Notes: generated by a model from the sequence alone, not told the origin. 64,000 nucleotides of DNA from Octopus sinensis (GCF_006345805.1 NC_043010.1:61938001-62002000); one strand, 5' to 3'; positions 24,775 to 38,588 are shown, counted from the first letter of the stretch. A program made the numbers and translations.

Positions 24775-24780
<6 letters not shown>
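24418..24780. mobile_element. Head-to-head inverted pair of a second Penelope-like short repeat (third copy at about 44222-44372)
   Basis: Arms at about 24418-24560 and 24610-24780 are imperfect reverse complements (aaaacaaaagacgaagacaggtg...tcttttatgtttcgagcctac), separated by (TA)n. Confidence 0.65.
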
Positions 24781-24813
<33 letters not shown>

Positions 24814-25078
24814 CACACACAGACACAGGGAAGTGATCAGTAGGTGCACATAGTAATATGTTTACAATATATATACAAAGGGATTGTGTGTGTGAGAGCG
24901 AGTAGTGTATACATCAATTCACTTTGTTTTCCTATGCCGGTATAGTTTTTTATTTACTTTTCCACCTACGACTCCAGTTAAAAAGGTTAATTACACAGAA
25001 ATAAACACACACAAACAGCCACAACCGGACCACAAAATAATCAAAGACTTCGTCCTTAACCTGAGAGAGAGTAACCTC

Positions 25079-25630
25079 TTTTGGGGGGCTTTGTTTGCAA
25101 GATGTTACCATCTGGAAACATGATCACACTTGCCTAGCCCTAAGCCAACTCCGATCCACCAAACTCACGACCGAAAGCGCTCCCGCCGTGACCGTCCCGT
25201 TTTATCTCCCAGAGATTGTCCATTATCCAAATGGCCCCTCCTTTCTTTCTCTTTTTTTTAAATGTTTGTCTTTAATCCATTTGTCATAACAATAGAAGAA
25301 TCCTGTTTAATAATCAATCACTCGATTGAAATTACTTTTGTTCGGCAGAAGCGTCGCCAACAACACAGCATCGACATTGTCGCTAGATAAATTTAGAAAA
25401 ACAAAAGCTAAGTCTCCCGAAAATAAGATCCAACCACCTTTAAAAAAAAAAAGAGAGAAACGAGGGGACCGTTTGGACAACGCATAATTTCTGGGAGATA
25501 AAACGAGACGGTCAAGGCGGGAGCGCTTTTGGTCATAGATTTTTGGTGGATCGGAGTTTGCGGTAGGGCAAAACAAGTGTGATCATGTCGTTTCCAGGTG
25601 GTAACATCTGGCAAACAAAGCCCCCGAAAA
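25079..25630. repeat. Inverted repeat of non-TE-looking, CpG-retaining sequence (arms about 185-190 bp, spacer 176 bp)
   Basis: 25079-25262 versus the reverse complement of 25439-25630, about 80-85% identical by eye. Confidence 0.9.
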
Positions 25631-25937
25631 CGGAGGAGAAAAGACATTCGGGGCAGGAACGATGACATCCAGTTTTGAGACAAAAGTATTTCTAACGGAA
25701 ATAAATATCTTAACGGTCAAAGTAGGCGGAGGACGAAAGCGAGAGGATGGGAAAGTTTGGGAAGATTTACTTACAAGAGCAGAGACAAAGCAATAACACT
25801 GGATACGAATAAACATTGGAGGATTTGTTTAAATAAATTTAGATTAAAATAAATTTCTTAAAAATATATTTTTTACGAAACTACGACCAAGGAAGAAGAT
25901 ATGACAACAATGGTGTGTGTGTATGTATATATGTATA

Positions 25938-25968
<31 letters not shown>

Positions 25969-26008
25969 CACACATACATACAATTGTGTGTGTGTGTATG
26001 TATATATA

Positions 26009-26039
<31 letters not shown>

Positions 26040-26319
26040 TACACACACACATATATAAATACAAATTATACTATACATATATATATACACACACACACAC
26101 ACAATTGTGTGTGTGTATATATATATATATGTGTGTGTGTGTGTAGATATACATCTGGCTAGCACTAGCTAAATAAATTATATGGTTAATTATATATAAA
26201 TATTTACAAACCTTAACTAAATATATATTTTTTAAAACCTTAATCACTAACATTGTAAAAATATTTAGACTGAATATCATAAATAAAATGTCTCATTTAT
26301 GAAGGAACCTGCCGAAAAC

Positions 26320-27116
26320 TTTATATATATATATATATATACAATATATATACATATACATATATATATAGATATACATACATATATAATATACATACAT
26401 ATATATATATATATACTACATATATATATATATATACATATAATATATATATATAATATACATATATATATATATACATACTATATATATCATACATATA
26501 TATATACATACATATATATATATACATACATATACATATATATATATATATATCATACATATATATATATACATACATATTATATACATACATATATATA
26601 TACATACATATATAATATATACATACATATACATATATATATATATATATACATACATATATATATATATACATACATATATATATATATACTACATATA
26701 TATATATATATACATACATATATATATATATATACATACATATATATATATATAATACATACATATATATATATACATACATATATATATATAATACATA
26801 CATATATATATATCTACATATATATATATAGACATATATATATATATATATACATACATATATATATATACATATATATATATACATACATACATATATA
26901 TATATATCATACATATATATATATAATACATACATATATATTATATATACATACAATATATATATAATATACATACATATATATATACATACATATATAT
27001 ATATATATACATACATACATATATTATATATATACATACCATATATATATATACATACTATATATATATATATATATACATATATATATAATATACATAT
27101 ATATATATATATACAC

Positions 27117-27163
<47 letters not shown>

Positions 27164-27204
27164 CATATATATTATATATACATAATATATATATATATCT
27201 ACAT

Positions 27205-27272
<68 letters not shown>

Positions 27273-27294
27273 ATATATATATATATAATACATA

Positions 27295-27328
<34 letters not shown>

Positions 27329-27640
27329 CATATATATACATATATATATACTATATATATATACATATATATATATATTATATCATATATATATATTATT
27401 ATATATATATACATAATATATATATATACATATATATATATATACATATATATATTATACATATATATATACATATATACATATATATATATATACATAT
27501 ATATATATACATATATATATATACATATATACATATATATATACATATATATATATACATATATATATACAATATATATATATATACATACATATATATA
27601 TACATATATACATACATTATATATATAATATATATATATA

Positions 27641-27671
<31 letters not shown>

Positions 27672-27873
27672 ATACATACATACATATATATATACATACA
27701 TTATATATACATATATATATATATATATACATACATATATATATATATATACATACATATATATTATATATATACATATATATATATATGTATACATATA
27801 TATATATATATGTATACCATATATATATATATTATACATATATATATATTAATATATATATATATATTAATAT

Positions 27874-27907
<34 letters not shown>

Positions 27908-27950
27908 ATAATATATACATATATATAATATATATATATATGTGTGTGTG
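26320..27950. repeat. About 1.6-kb degenerate (TA)n/(TACA)n microsatellite
   Basis: Continuous alternating purine-pyrimidine tract. Other long TA/CA/TG tracts lie at about 1-230, 1380-1560, 25910-26150, 29540-29880, 32160-32350 and 43960-44220. Confidence 0.98.
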
Positions 27951-29559
27951 TGTATGTATACACGTACACATACACAGAGAGACAAGAAGTATATTTTGTT
28001 GAGTCTTGCCTGCCGCCCAAACCCAACTTGTCTTTCGTCTACAACAACCGTGATTTTATAAACCGTTAATGTCAGGCAGACATTGAAAAGAAATCAACAC
28101 CGCTGGATTCATTCGCGATGAAAGCCATCTCACAACCGAACCAGTGTTCCTTCTTCTTCTTCGGTTTTATTGAAAGACTAAAAAGTTTCTTTTGGCCAGA
28201 TCGAGACATTTATGTCCTAGAATGTTTTTTTTTTCTTTCTTCTTTTAGTCCTAGGCTAGCCCTGATCGTGTAGACGGACCAGATTACTCAAAGACATTCC
28301 AGATGTGACTATCTCATCTTTTTTAAGCAGTGTATCTTGGATAAAAATTATCCAAGGTGTCATTTGAAAAAATTTTTGTTAAGTCGGTAGGGGTGGTTTG
28401 GAGGGAGATTTGACCGCTATTTCTTGCAGGTCGATCGTCAATATAGAGGCTCCCGTTTCTTAAGGAAGAGTCCGTGACATTCATTCCAAACTATAATGTT
28501 GCCTGTAGTAGTCTTCTTGGAGACTTTTATGCATTGTACAGACCCGTATGAATTGGAGGGGGCAGTGGTCTTCATGCATCTACCAGGTAGAACCTATTCC
28601 AACTGGATCGCGGATTGGACACGGCGAGATGTTGGGACCTTCATACAGTTATCCAAATACAATGCAAAATAATGTCCGGCATGACACGGGAAGCGTCGAT
28701 GCTTTTAACCCAGGTACGTTAGCAATTGCCATGGGAAGTGTAATACCTCGGTTACCTAGTAATCAAAGAATTAACAAGGGAACCTGCTAGAAACAACAGC
28801 CAAATTTCCTCAACGCACACTCCTACCGTCGTGGGTAAAAGCAGCAATCGATATAGAAAAAGACGAGATGTTCATTGGTGGAGCGCCTTTGATAATAGAT
28901 CTGCCCAACCGGGGATGATCTGAGGACAAGATTGCAGACACGATTCAGAGAGGAGAGATTATTATTTGCTTACCACTCACTGTTCGCCGTTTTGTTTAAG
29001 TAAAAGTAATTCCCATATTTCTAGAGATGGACGATGGTTCAATGGGGTTTTGTGGCCTTCAAGCCTTTCTCCAGGCATTGAGCAGAAAAGGTGAAGTGAA
29101 AGAGCGTCGATCGAAACCGGATCACGACGAACGTGGCCAGGAAGGAACGTCTAACCTCGACAATAACACCATCAACACCGCCGCCGCCGTCGCCATCTTC
29201 AACAATGACACAACCTCGACGTGGTCGCTCGAATTGCTAGAAATAGCAGCCGAACAAGCTTAAATAAAAAATAAACCCCCTCTACCGTCACAAACAAAAG
29301 ATATATTAGGCAAGTGTAATTCTTGACATAAAAAAGACGGGATGGTCACAGCTGGAAAGGCTCTGATCATAGATCTGTTCGAGCAGAGTTGATTAAGGTA
29401 GGAACTAAACACCACCACCACTACCACTACCACCAGCACCACAATCATCACAACCACCACCACCACCACCTTCCATTATCCAGAACTCTTCTGTGATGGA
29501 GGGAAATCAATAGAAAGAAACAGTTACACGTACAGACATACATACACACACACACACAT

Positions 29560-29598
<39 letters not shown>

Positions 29599-29609
29599 AT
29601 ATATATATG

Positions 29610-29667
<58 letters not shown>

Positions 29668-29822
29668 CATACACACACACACACATATATATATATACAC
29701 ATATGTATATAAGTATGTGTGTATATATATATTATATATGTGAAGACACATATATGTATATATATATATATATATACACATATATATACACACACACAAA
29801 CATATATATGTATATGAGTATA

Positions 29823-29853
<31 letters not shown>

Positions 29854-30104
29854 GTATATATCATATGTGTGTGTGTGGAGAGATACGTATGCATCCAAAC
29901 ACAGACACACACACAGAATAGAAGAGAAAGAATCTTTTTAAACGAAACGAGACTTGGGTTATTTTTTGTGTGTTTATTTTAAGAAGGGAGAAACAAAAAA
30001 AGCCTGGATAAAAAAAAGGGGGGGAGGGAATAAATTACACAGCATTTATAGCTGAACCCCTAAACTTTAGTGATTCTTCTGTATTTATTAATTATCAATT
30101 AAAA

Positions 30105-30340
30105 GCTTACCTTTATTTGTGACGGCCCTTTTTTTTTCTCTCCGGCAAAGCTGAACAGAGAAGAAGACAGACATATACAGCAGTAGAGTAGACACAGACA
30201 CACACCAACACCGGCGCTCGCTCTCATATTTCCTGCCACAAAATAATACCGTCTACTCCCTGGCCGGACCTTTTCGCTTTCCCATCGAAAGAGCATCGAT
30301 GGTGTTTTCTTGCTGATTTTTCGGGCCCAGATCGGCTTTG
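30105..30340 (-). promoter_or_regulatory. Candidate promoter or 5' UTR exon of ZNF gene 1
   Basis: CpG-retaining unique sequence ending in a strong donor AAG|GTAAGC (30111/30110). An internal acceptor tcttctctgttcag at 30151 would define a 40-nt exon. Confidence 0.4.
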
Positions 30341-30499
30341 ATTGAATAGATTGAAGATCTGTCTTTCAACCACTTATTATTCTTTTTTTTTTCACGTAAC
30401 TTTAAATGGTTGCGAATTTCTATAAGAAAAAATATGAATACGATTTTCGTTATCAACAAGAAAAAAATTACATCAAAATTACATTTAAAAAAAGGATCT

Positions 30500-30700
30500 T
30501 TTATTGGTTGAAATTGCTGAAATACAAGAAATTTAACAAGAAATATCTTACAAACTACAGAATTTTCTCAAGAAAGCCAAGAGAGAAAGATGTTTTATTT
30601 AACACATTCTACCAGTATACGAAGTTTAAAAGTGTTTAGTTACAAAGAAATTATTTTAAAAATCTGCCGATCAAAGTGAAAAGATCCAAAAAGAATTCAG
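30500..30700 (+). repeat. Unclassified old dispersed repeat (second copy at about 39105-39290)
   Basis: Shared attggttgaaatt..gaaatacaa...acacattctaccagt..cgaagttt.aaagt...aaatctg.cg.tcaaa. Confidence 0.6.
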
Positions 30701-31340
30701 TGTTTCAAATGGTTGGAAAAAATTTAACAGGGTCCAAGATTTATGATTCGGACCCTTTCCAGCTATGAGACGCCTCGTTTATTTGTCTGAAATATTATAA
30801 GCGACTACAATATCTAAAAGACCGCAATATCTGACATGCCACTCCTTTTTGTTGGTGAAATTGTTTACCTCCAGGTTAACTTCAGTCGAATAGACATTAC
30901 GATCAAAACTGTTCCGCCCTCGACCAACCCCTGTCAATTTCTTTTAAGGCATCGTGTATTTAAAGCTAAATAATCCAATGTATTTTTAAAGGTGTGATTT
31001 AAAGTAAATTTCGTAGTTATTTTTAGCATGTCAAGAGAACATGGAGCCGTTCTTTTCCAGCTAGAAGAGTTTGAGCAACTGGAAAATATTCCATCAACTT
31101 GGCTCAGATGATGTTGGCATTAACTCGAACATTCACGCAAGACTTGTTCCCCGCGTCATCCATCCTGTCCGAAAAACAAGCTTGCACCACATCCCAACAC
31201 TAAGATAGAACTAATTCACGTCAATTGGACCTGCTGTCTTTAACATCGTTCCAAGATACCTATGAGAAGAAAAAGATCTCAAGTCATTCGAATGCTTCTT
31301 GGATGAATTCCTCCAACAAAATCCAAATAAACTACTTTAA

Positions 31341-31562
31341 CCCTTTTGATACCAACCTGGCTGTAACTGCCTCTGGCTCTGTAGTAAAAATATCTTGTTT
31401 ACATAAGTTTTGAATTAAAATCTTCCACCAAACCTGAGTCACAATTCATGTTCCCAACACTAGCTGAATGATAACTAAGTTATTTTACTAAATTCTTTGT
31501 TATATTCAAAATTAATTGAAAGAAACACAGAGCATCTCAACAGAATTACGGTAACGAAAGGG
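31341..31562. mobile_element. piggyBac-like MITE (TTAA), copy 1
   Basis: TTAA|cccttttgatacc ... ggtaacgaaaggg|TTAA, 222 bp. Confidence 0.75.
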
Positions 31563-31593
31563 TTAAAATATATAATAGAGAAACAATTCTTAA

Positions 31594-31815
31594 CCCTTTT
31601 GATACCAACCTGGCTGAAACCAGCTCTGGCTCTGTAGTACAAATATCTTGTTTACATAAGTTTTGAATTAAAATCTTCCACCAAACCTGAGTCACAATTC
31701 ATGTTCCTAACACTAGCTGAATGATAACGAAATTATTTTACTAAATTCTTTGTTATATTTAAAATTAATTGAAAGAAACACAGAGCTTCTCAACAGAAAT
31801 GCGGTAATGAAAGGG
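31594..31815. mobile_element. piggyBac-like MITE (TTAA), copy 2, adjacent to copy 1
   Basis: TTAA|cccttttgatacc ... ggtaatgaaaggg|TTAT, 222 bp, more than 90% identical to copy 1 by eye. Confidence 0.75.
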
Positions 31816-32732
31816 TTATACCTAGATATATCTCTGTTATAAATAACTATTTATTTGAAAAGGCTATGGTGCCCAAACTATGGCTGTAATATGGAACTTC
31901 CTTAAATGGCTTTTCCAGGTGGTACTGTTAAGTTAGTCATGGCCTGGGCCAATTCTGAGTGAAACCTGTACTGGTCCCACATAGAAAGCACCCAGTACAC
32001 AACATAAAGTGGTTAGCATTGGGATGGGGCATGGGGCCATAGAAACTATGCCAAAGCAGACAGTAGGGCTTGGTGCAATCCTCTGGCTGGCCAGATCCAG
32101 TCAAATCATCCAACCCATCCATGCCAGCATGGAAAACAGATGTTGACTGATGATGATCATGTACATACATGTATACATACACATATATGTATGTATGTGT
32201 GTGAGTGTATGTATGTATGTATATGTGTATGTGTGTGTATATGTTTGTGTATATGTATGTGTATATGTATGTATGTATATACGTATGTATGTCTATGCAT
32301 GTATGTATGTGTGTATGTATATACATATGTATGTATGTTATATATGTATGTGCACACTAATGTCAACGTGCTCAAGATGCTGATCCCTATGCAGGAGATC
32401 CCTAGGGAGGAGTGAGAGGATTGGAAATCCTTCTGGTCAAAAGAATCCGTCCATCACAGCAAAAACGAAGTCCTAAAAGCACTCTGTAGGATCGTATGTG
32501 CTGGGTACTGTCTCTACATTCATTCTACCCCATCTCATCTCTCTACCCTTCTCTTCCCCTAATATCAATCCTGCTTTCCCTCCTCCTTGGTGTATATTAC
32601 ACCCCACCCCATTCTTTTCACTACCAGGTACTTTCCCTCCCTCCCTCCCTCTGGAACCACTTCCTTTATTCTCATTATCCTCCGTTCCCCCACCATCTAC
32701 CACCAACCACCTCCTTTCTTTGCCTTCAGTTA

Positions 32733-32764
<32 letters not shown>

Positions 32765-33200
32765 CTGCCATGCTTCATATATGTCATCTGGCCCCACTCA
32801 AGGTAGCCACCCTTATGTACTTCTACATCTCTCTCCCGACCTCACGCATCACCTCTAACCCATCTTCCTGATCTATCCTCCCTGAGCCCCTTCTATGGCG
32901 CTCACCTCACTTCCATCTCCATACCGATCTTTCTCATCATGCCACACCTCCACCCATGTGCGTCACTCACTATATTCACCCCTACCAACATCTCTAACCA
33001 TCTGCCACTCTCCCTTCACACTCTTATGAAACCATCCACCCGGCCTAATCCTCTGTCTGGATTCTCTCTTATGCTCACCTTCTTGCTCCTGGGGTGGGGG
33101 TTGCACTACCACCCCATCACTACTATCTTATCTTATTCCCAGCTATTCCACCACCCCATTCACCCTTATATTATACAGGGTAGCCAAGTGTCTTCACCAC

Positions 33201-33590
33201 AGGTGCAGGAGTGGCTGTGTGGTACAAAGCTTGCTTACCAACCACATGGTTCCGGGTTCAGTCCCACTGCGTGGCACTTTGGTCAGGTGTCTTCTACTAT
33301 AGCCTCGGGCTGACCAAAGCCTTGTGAGTGGATTTGGTAGACGGAAACTGAAAGAAGCCCATCGTATATGTGTGTGTGTGTGTGAGTGTTTGTATGTGTT
33401 TGTCCCCCTTACCATCGCTTGACAACTGATGTTGGTGTGTTTACGTCCTCGTAACTTAGTGGTTCAGCAATAGAGACCAATAGAATATGTACTAGGTTTA
33501 CAAAGAATAAGTCCTGGAGCTGATTTGTTCGACTAAAGGTGGTGCTCCAGCATGGCCACAATCAAATGACTGAAACAAATACAAGAATAA
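33201..33590 (+). mobile_element. SINE family A
   Basis: Family A head, body and tail. Confidence 0.85.
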
Positions 33591-34374
33591 ACGAGAATAC
33601 CATGACACCTGTGCTCGTTCCCCACGACACCTGGCTTAAAGCCCCCCCTCCTTTTCCCATATACTCCCTCTCCTCCTCTTGGTCAAGGAGGTTTTTCTCT
33701 TCCCTTTTCTTTTTCCTTTTTGTCTTCTTCCACAAGACATCTGGCAACGCCAGGAATGCTGATGCCATGAAAAAAAGCACTTGGTACACACTGTGAAGTG
33801 GTTGGTGTTAGAAAAAGGATCTGGCCTTAGAAACCATGCAAGAGCAGACATGGGAGTTCAATGCAGATCTGTGGCTGGCTGGATCCTGTCAGACCGTCCA
33901 ATCCATGCCAGCATGGAAAATAGACATAGATGATGGTGGTGGTGGTGATGATGGTGATGGTAGTGGTGATGATGATAATGATGATGATGGTGATGGTGGT
34001 GGTGGTGATGATGATGATATGCTCTCATTCTTTTGCTAACAGTCTTTCAGTGCCACTTTGCTCTGAATCATCAAAATCCAGTACAACACACAAAATTCTG
34101 CTGTTGATACATTAACCAAAGTGGTGAACCGGCAGAATTTACAGCAAACCAGACAAATTGCTTAGAAACATTTTGTTCATCTTTACGTTCTGGGTTCAAA
34201 TTCCACTGAGATTAATTTTTGCCTTTCGTCCTTTTGGGGTTACTAAAACAATCACCAGTTGAAGACTGGAATCAATGTATCCGAGTCAGCCCCTGCACTG
34301 AAATTGCTGGCCTTGGGCCAAATCTCTGAAATCAATTTTATTGATTACCATCATATTATATCGACCAATATTGT

Positions 34375-34773
34375 ACAGAAGTGGCTGTGTGGTAAGTAGC
34401 TTGCTTCCCAACCACATGGTTCCGGGTTCAATCCCACTGCATGGCACCTTGGGCAAGCTTCTTGTACTATAGCCTCGGGGAGACCAAAGCCTTCAGAATG
34501 GATTTGGTAGACGGAAACTGAAAGAAGCCTGTCGTATATATGTATATATATATACATATGTGTGTGTGTTTGTGCATCTGTGTTTGTTCCCCCAACATCA
34601 CTTGACAACCGATGCTGATGTGTTTGCCTACCCGTAACTTAGTGGGCTGGCAAAAGAGAACCTATAGAATAAGTACTAGGCTTACAAAGAATAAGTCCTA
34701 GGGGCGATTTGCTCGACTAAAGGCAGTGCTCCAGCATGGCAGCAGTCAAATGACTGAAACAAGTAAAAGAGTA
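34375..34773 (+). mobile_element. SINE family A
   Basis: Family A head, body and tail. Confidence 0.85.
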
Positions 34774-35659
34774 TTGATCTTCATCAATATCATATGAAAT
34801 CTCAAAACAAGATTTTGACAACAAATATTATCAGATCAATTTGGTTGCACAATAAAAATTGAAAATATTTTTTGGAAATTAGAGCAATTAAAAGCTGCAC
34901 CTATCACCCCACCACTTCCACCATTGTCTCCAATACCCACCTAAAATTCCTCCCCTCATCCCTGGGGGGCAGTACCACCCACTACATTAGTGACGTTCAA
35001 TTCTGTTTTCCCTCTTCTTTATGAATTAGATGCATAAAGAGAAGACAACTGCGTTTTGCAGCAGCTTTTGTTTCTATGGAGAAATTTATATTCTTTTACA
35101 GGTATTGGTGATTGGACAGTTGCCATGCTGGAGCACAACCTTCAAGGGTTTTAATCAGTCATGTCGCACTTCGTACTCTCTTCCCCATCCCGCCCCACTT
35201 CATGCCTAGGTCTGGCACCTATTGTCTTCCAATTTACTGAATGCCTTGGCTTTTGTGATAAAGGGATGCAACCCAATCCAATGACACACACACATGCATG
35301 CATGCAAGCACACATACACCAAAAAACCCTCACCCATATACTCTATAGAGTGGTTGGGGTTGGGAAGGGCATCAAGCTGTAGAAACCAACTCAAAACACA
35401 CTATGGAACCTGGTATGGTCCCTGGCCTTTCCAGTTCCTACCAAGCCATCCAACCCATGCCAGCATGGAAAACCAATGTTAAATGTTCATGATGATGCTG
35501 ACGATGATGATGATGAATGTCATTCAATCTATCTATCTATCTATCTATCTTTCAATCTATATGTATATATATATTTATATATACAAGTAATAATTTTCAC
35601 CTTATTGTGAATTTTTTCAATTCAATTTTTTCACCCTTATTGTGATTTTAATTACATAT

Positions 35660-35709
<50 letters not shown>

Positions 35710-35875
35710 TATATTACTCTTTTACTTGTTTCAGACATTTGACTGCAGCCATGCTGGAGCACCGCCTTTAATCGAGGAACTCGACCCCAGGACTTATTCT
35801 TTTGTAAGCCCAGTACTTATTCTATCGATATATATATATATATATATATATAGATATATATATATATATATATAT

Positions 35876-36211
35876 TTTATTATATAGAAGGAGCTTCTAC
35901 AGGACTAGAACTGTTTCATTCAAGAGAAATCTTCAGGAAGCTAGTTAACAAGAATTGTATTGGCATTTATACATTTAGGCAGGTTTAAAGGGGTGTTGGT
36001 GGGGGACTTTTTGGGGGTAGGCATAGCGCAAAAAATCATACTTGGGGGAGTGGTCAAGGAGTCAGTGTTAAATTAGATAGGAGAATAAATAAAAAATAAA
36101 AAATAAAAAATAAAAAAAAAAATAAAAAATATAAAATATAAAAAATAAAAAATAAAAAATAGAAAATAAAAAAATATAAAAAAATAATAAAAAAATAAAA
36201 ATAAAAAATAA

Positions 36212-36248
<37 letters not shown>

Positions 36249-37065
36249 GGGGGAATAGAGTTTTAGGTAAATAAGGAGATTCTCACTTATACCTCTACAC
36301 ATACACACATATATATACAATCACACATACATATACATATCTACACATACACATATATATGTATACATACACACACTCACTTGCATACACGTATACACAC
36401 ATGTATATATACACACGAGCACACATACATATACACACAGAAAAATATATATATACATACACACACATCTACTCACATACACGCATACACACACAAATCC
36501 ATACACACACAGCACACTAGTCCCCATATACACATATATACACATACACACATATATATACACCCACACATACACATACATACACATATATATACATACA
36601 TACACATACATATACACATATATATACATACACATATATATATATATACACATATATATACATATGTGTACCCATGCATACCTACACATACACACATATA
36701 TATATACATATACAAATACAGACCCATTCCCTAATTTTAATTTTATTATCTTCGTTTATTACTTTTGTTATCTTTGGCCGCTTGGTCACAAACGTCTTGG
36801 CTATGACAGCCAGACCATTTATTCGGCTACTGGAAAACAATTACTCATTCACTCACGCACACTCTTTAGCACGTACACTCATACGCATACACGCACGCAC
36901 GCGTTATATTCATACATACATACATCTACATACATTCACGTATATACACATACGTACGCGTACCTACAGATTCATGTCTACACTCTTAGAAGGCTAGTCT
37001 ATACATATACACCAATAAATATAAATACACACACATACATGTACACCTACATACAAATACATACA

Positions 37066-37130
<65 letters not shown>

Positions 37131-37747
37131 GCGTACCTACAGATTCATGTCTACACTCTTAGAAGGCTAGTCTGGCTGTCATAGCCAAGACGTTTGTGAC
37201 CAAGCGGCCAAAGATAACAAAAGTAATAAACGAAGATAATAAAATTAAAATTAGGGAATGGGTCTGTATTTGTATATGTATATATATATGTGTGTATGTG
37301 TAGGTATGCATGGGTACACATATGTATATATATGTGTATATATATATATGTGTATGTATATATATGTGTATATGTATGTGTATGTATGTATATATATGTG
37401 TATGTATGTGTATGTGTGGGTGTATATATATGTGTGTATGTGTATATATGTGTATATAGGGACTAGTGTGCTGTGTGTGCATGTGTGTGTATGGATTTGT
37501 GTGTGTATGCGTGTATGTGAGTAGATGTGTGTGTATGTATATATATATTTTTCTGTGTGTATATGTATGTGTGCTCGTGTGTGTATATATACATGTGTGT
37601 ATACGTGTATGCAAGTGAGTGTGTGTATGTATACATATATATGTGTATGTGTAGATATGTATATGTATGTGTGATTGTATATATATGTGTGTATGTGTAG
37701 AGGTATAAGTGAGAATCTCCTTATTTACCTAAAACTCTATTCCCCCT

Positions 37748-37788
<41 letters not shown>

Positions 37789-38079
37789 TTTTAATAATTT
37801 TTTTATATTTTTTTATTTTCTATTTTTTATTTTTTATATTTTTATTTTTTATTTTTTATTTTTTATTTATTCTCCTATCTAATTTAACACTGACTCCTTG
37901 ACCACTCCCCCAAGTATGATTTTTTGCGCTATGCCTACCCCCAAAAAGTACCCCACCAACACCCCTTTAAACCTGCCTAAATGTATAAATGCCAATACAA
38001 TTCTTGTTAACTAGCTTCCTGAAGATTTCTCTTGAATGAAACAGTTCTAGTCCTGTAGAAGCTCCTTCTATATAATAAA
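35876..38079. repeat. 2.2-kb inverted repeat (arms about 940 and 910 bp, spacer 354 bp)
   Basis: 35876-36815 is the reverse complement of 37170-38079, apart from microsatellite length changes and a few substitutions or indels. Confidence 0.95.
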
Positions 38080-38433
38080 TTAATTTTACTCTGCTATGTA
38101 TTGAGTACCTTATTTACTGTGGTTAACCCCGAATCAACCCGGGACCTACATATATATATATATATATATATACGATGATGATGATGTTGATGATATATAT
38201 ATATATTCTTGTATTCTTTTACTTGTTTCAGTCAGTTGGCTGTGACCATGCTGGAGCACCACCTTTAGTCGAACAAATCAATCCCAAGCTTAGTACTTAT
38301 TCTATCGGACACTTTTGCCAAACTGCTAAGTTACAGGGACATAAATACACCAATATTGGTTGTCAAGCGTTGGTTGGTGGGGACAAACACAGACACACAA
38401 ATACATACATATATACAACAGGCTTCTTTCATA

Positions 38434-38509
<76 letters not shown>

Positions 38510-38544
38510 TAGGAGTGGGTACATATATATACACATACATGCAT

Positions 38545-38588
<44 letters not shown>

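Noticed and set aside
26299-28026. Long ORFs (up to 336 aa) rich in Y/I/H/M/C
   Set aside because: Translations of (TA)n/(CA)n microsatellite. The same applies to ORFs at 1.2-1.7, 29.5-29.9, 32, 36-38.7, 40.4-40.9 and 43.9-44.3 kb.
28548-28790. 80-aa ORF in CpG-containing sequence
   Set aside because: No recognisable motif in any frame, and its 3' part runs into an old SINE tail.
32400-33190. Several 90-124-aa Pro/Leu/Ser-rich ORFs
   Set aside because: Pyrimidine-rich low-complexity decay with no splice or codon support.
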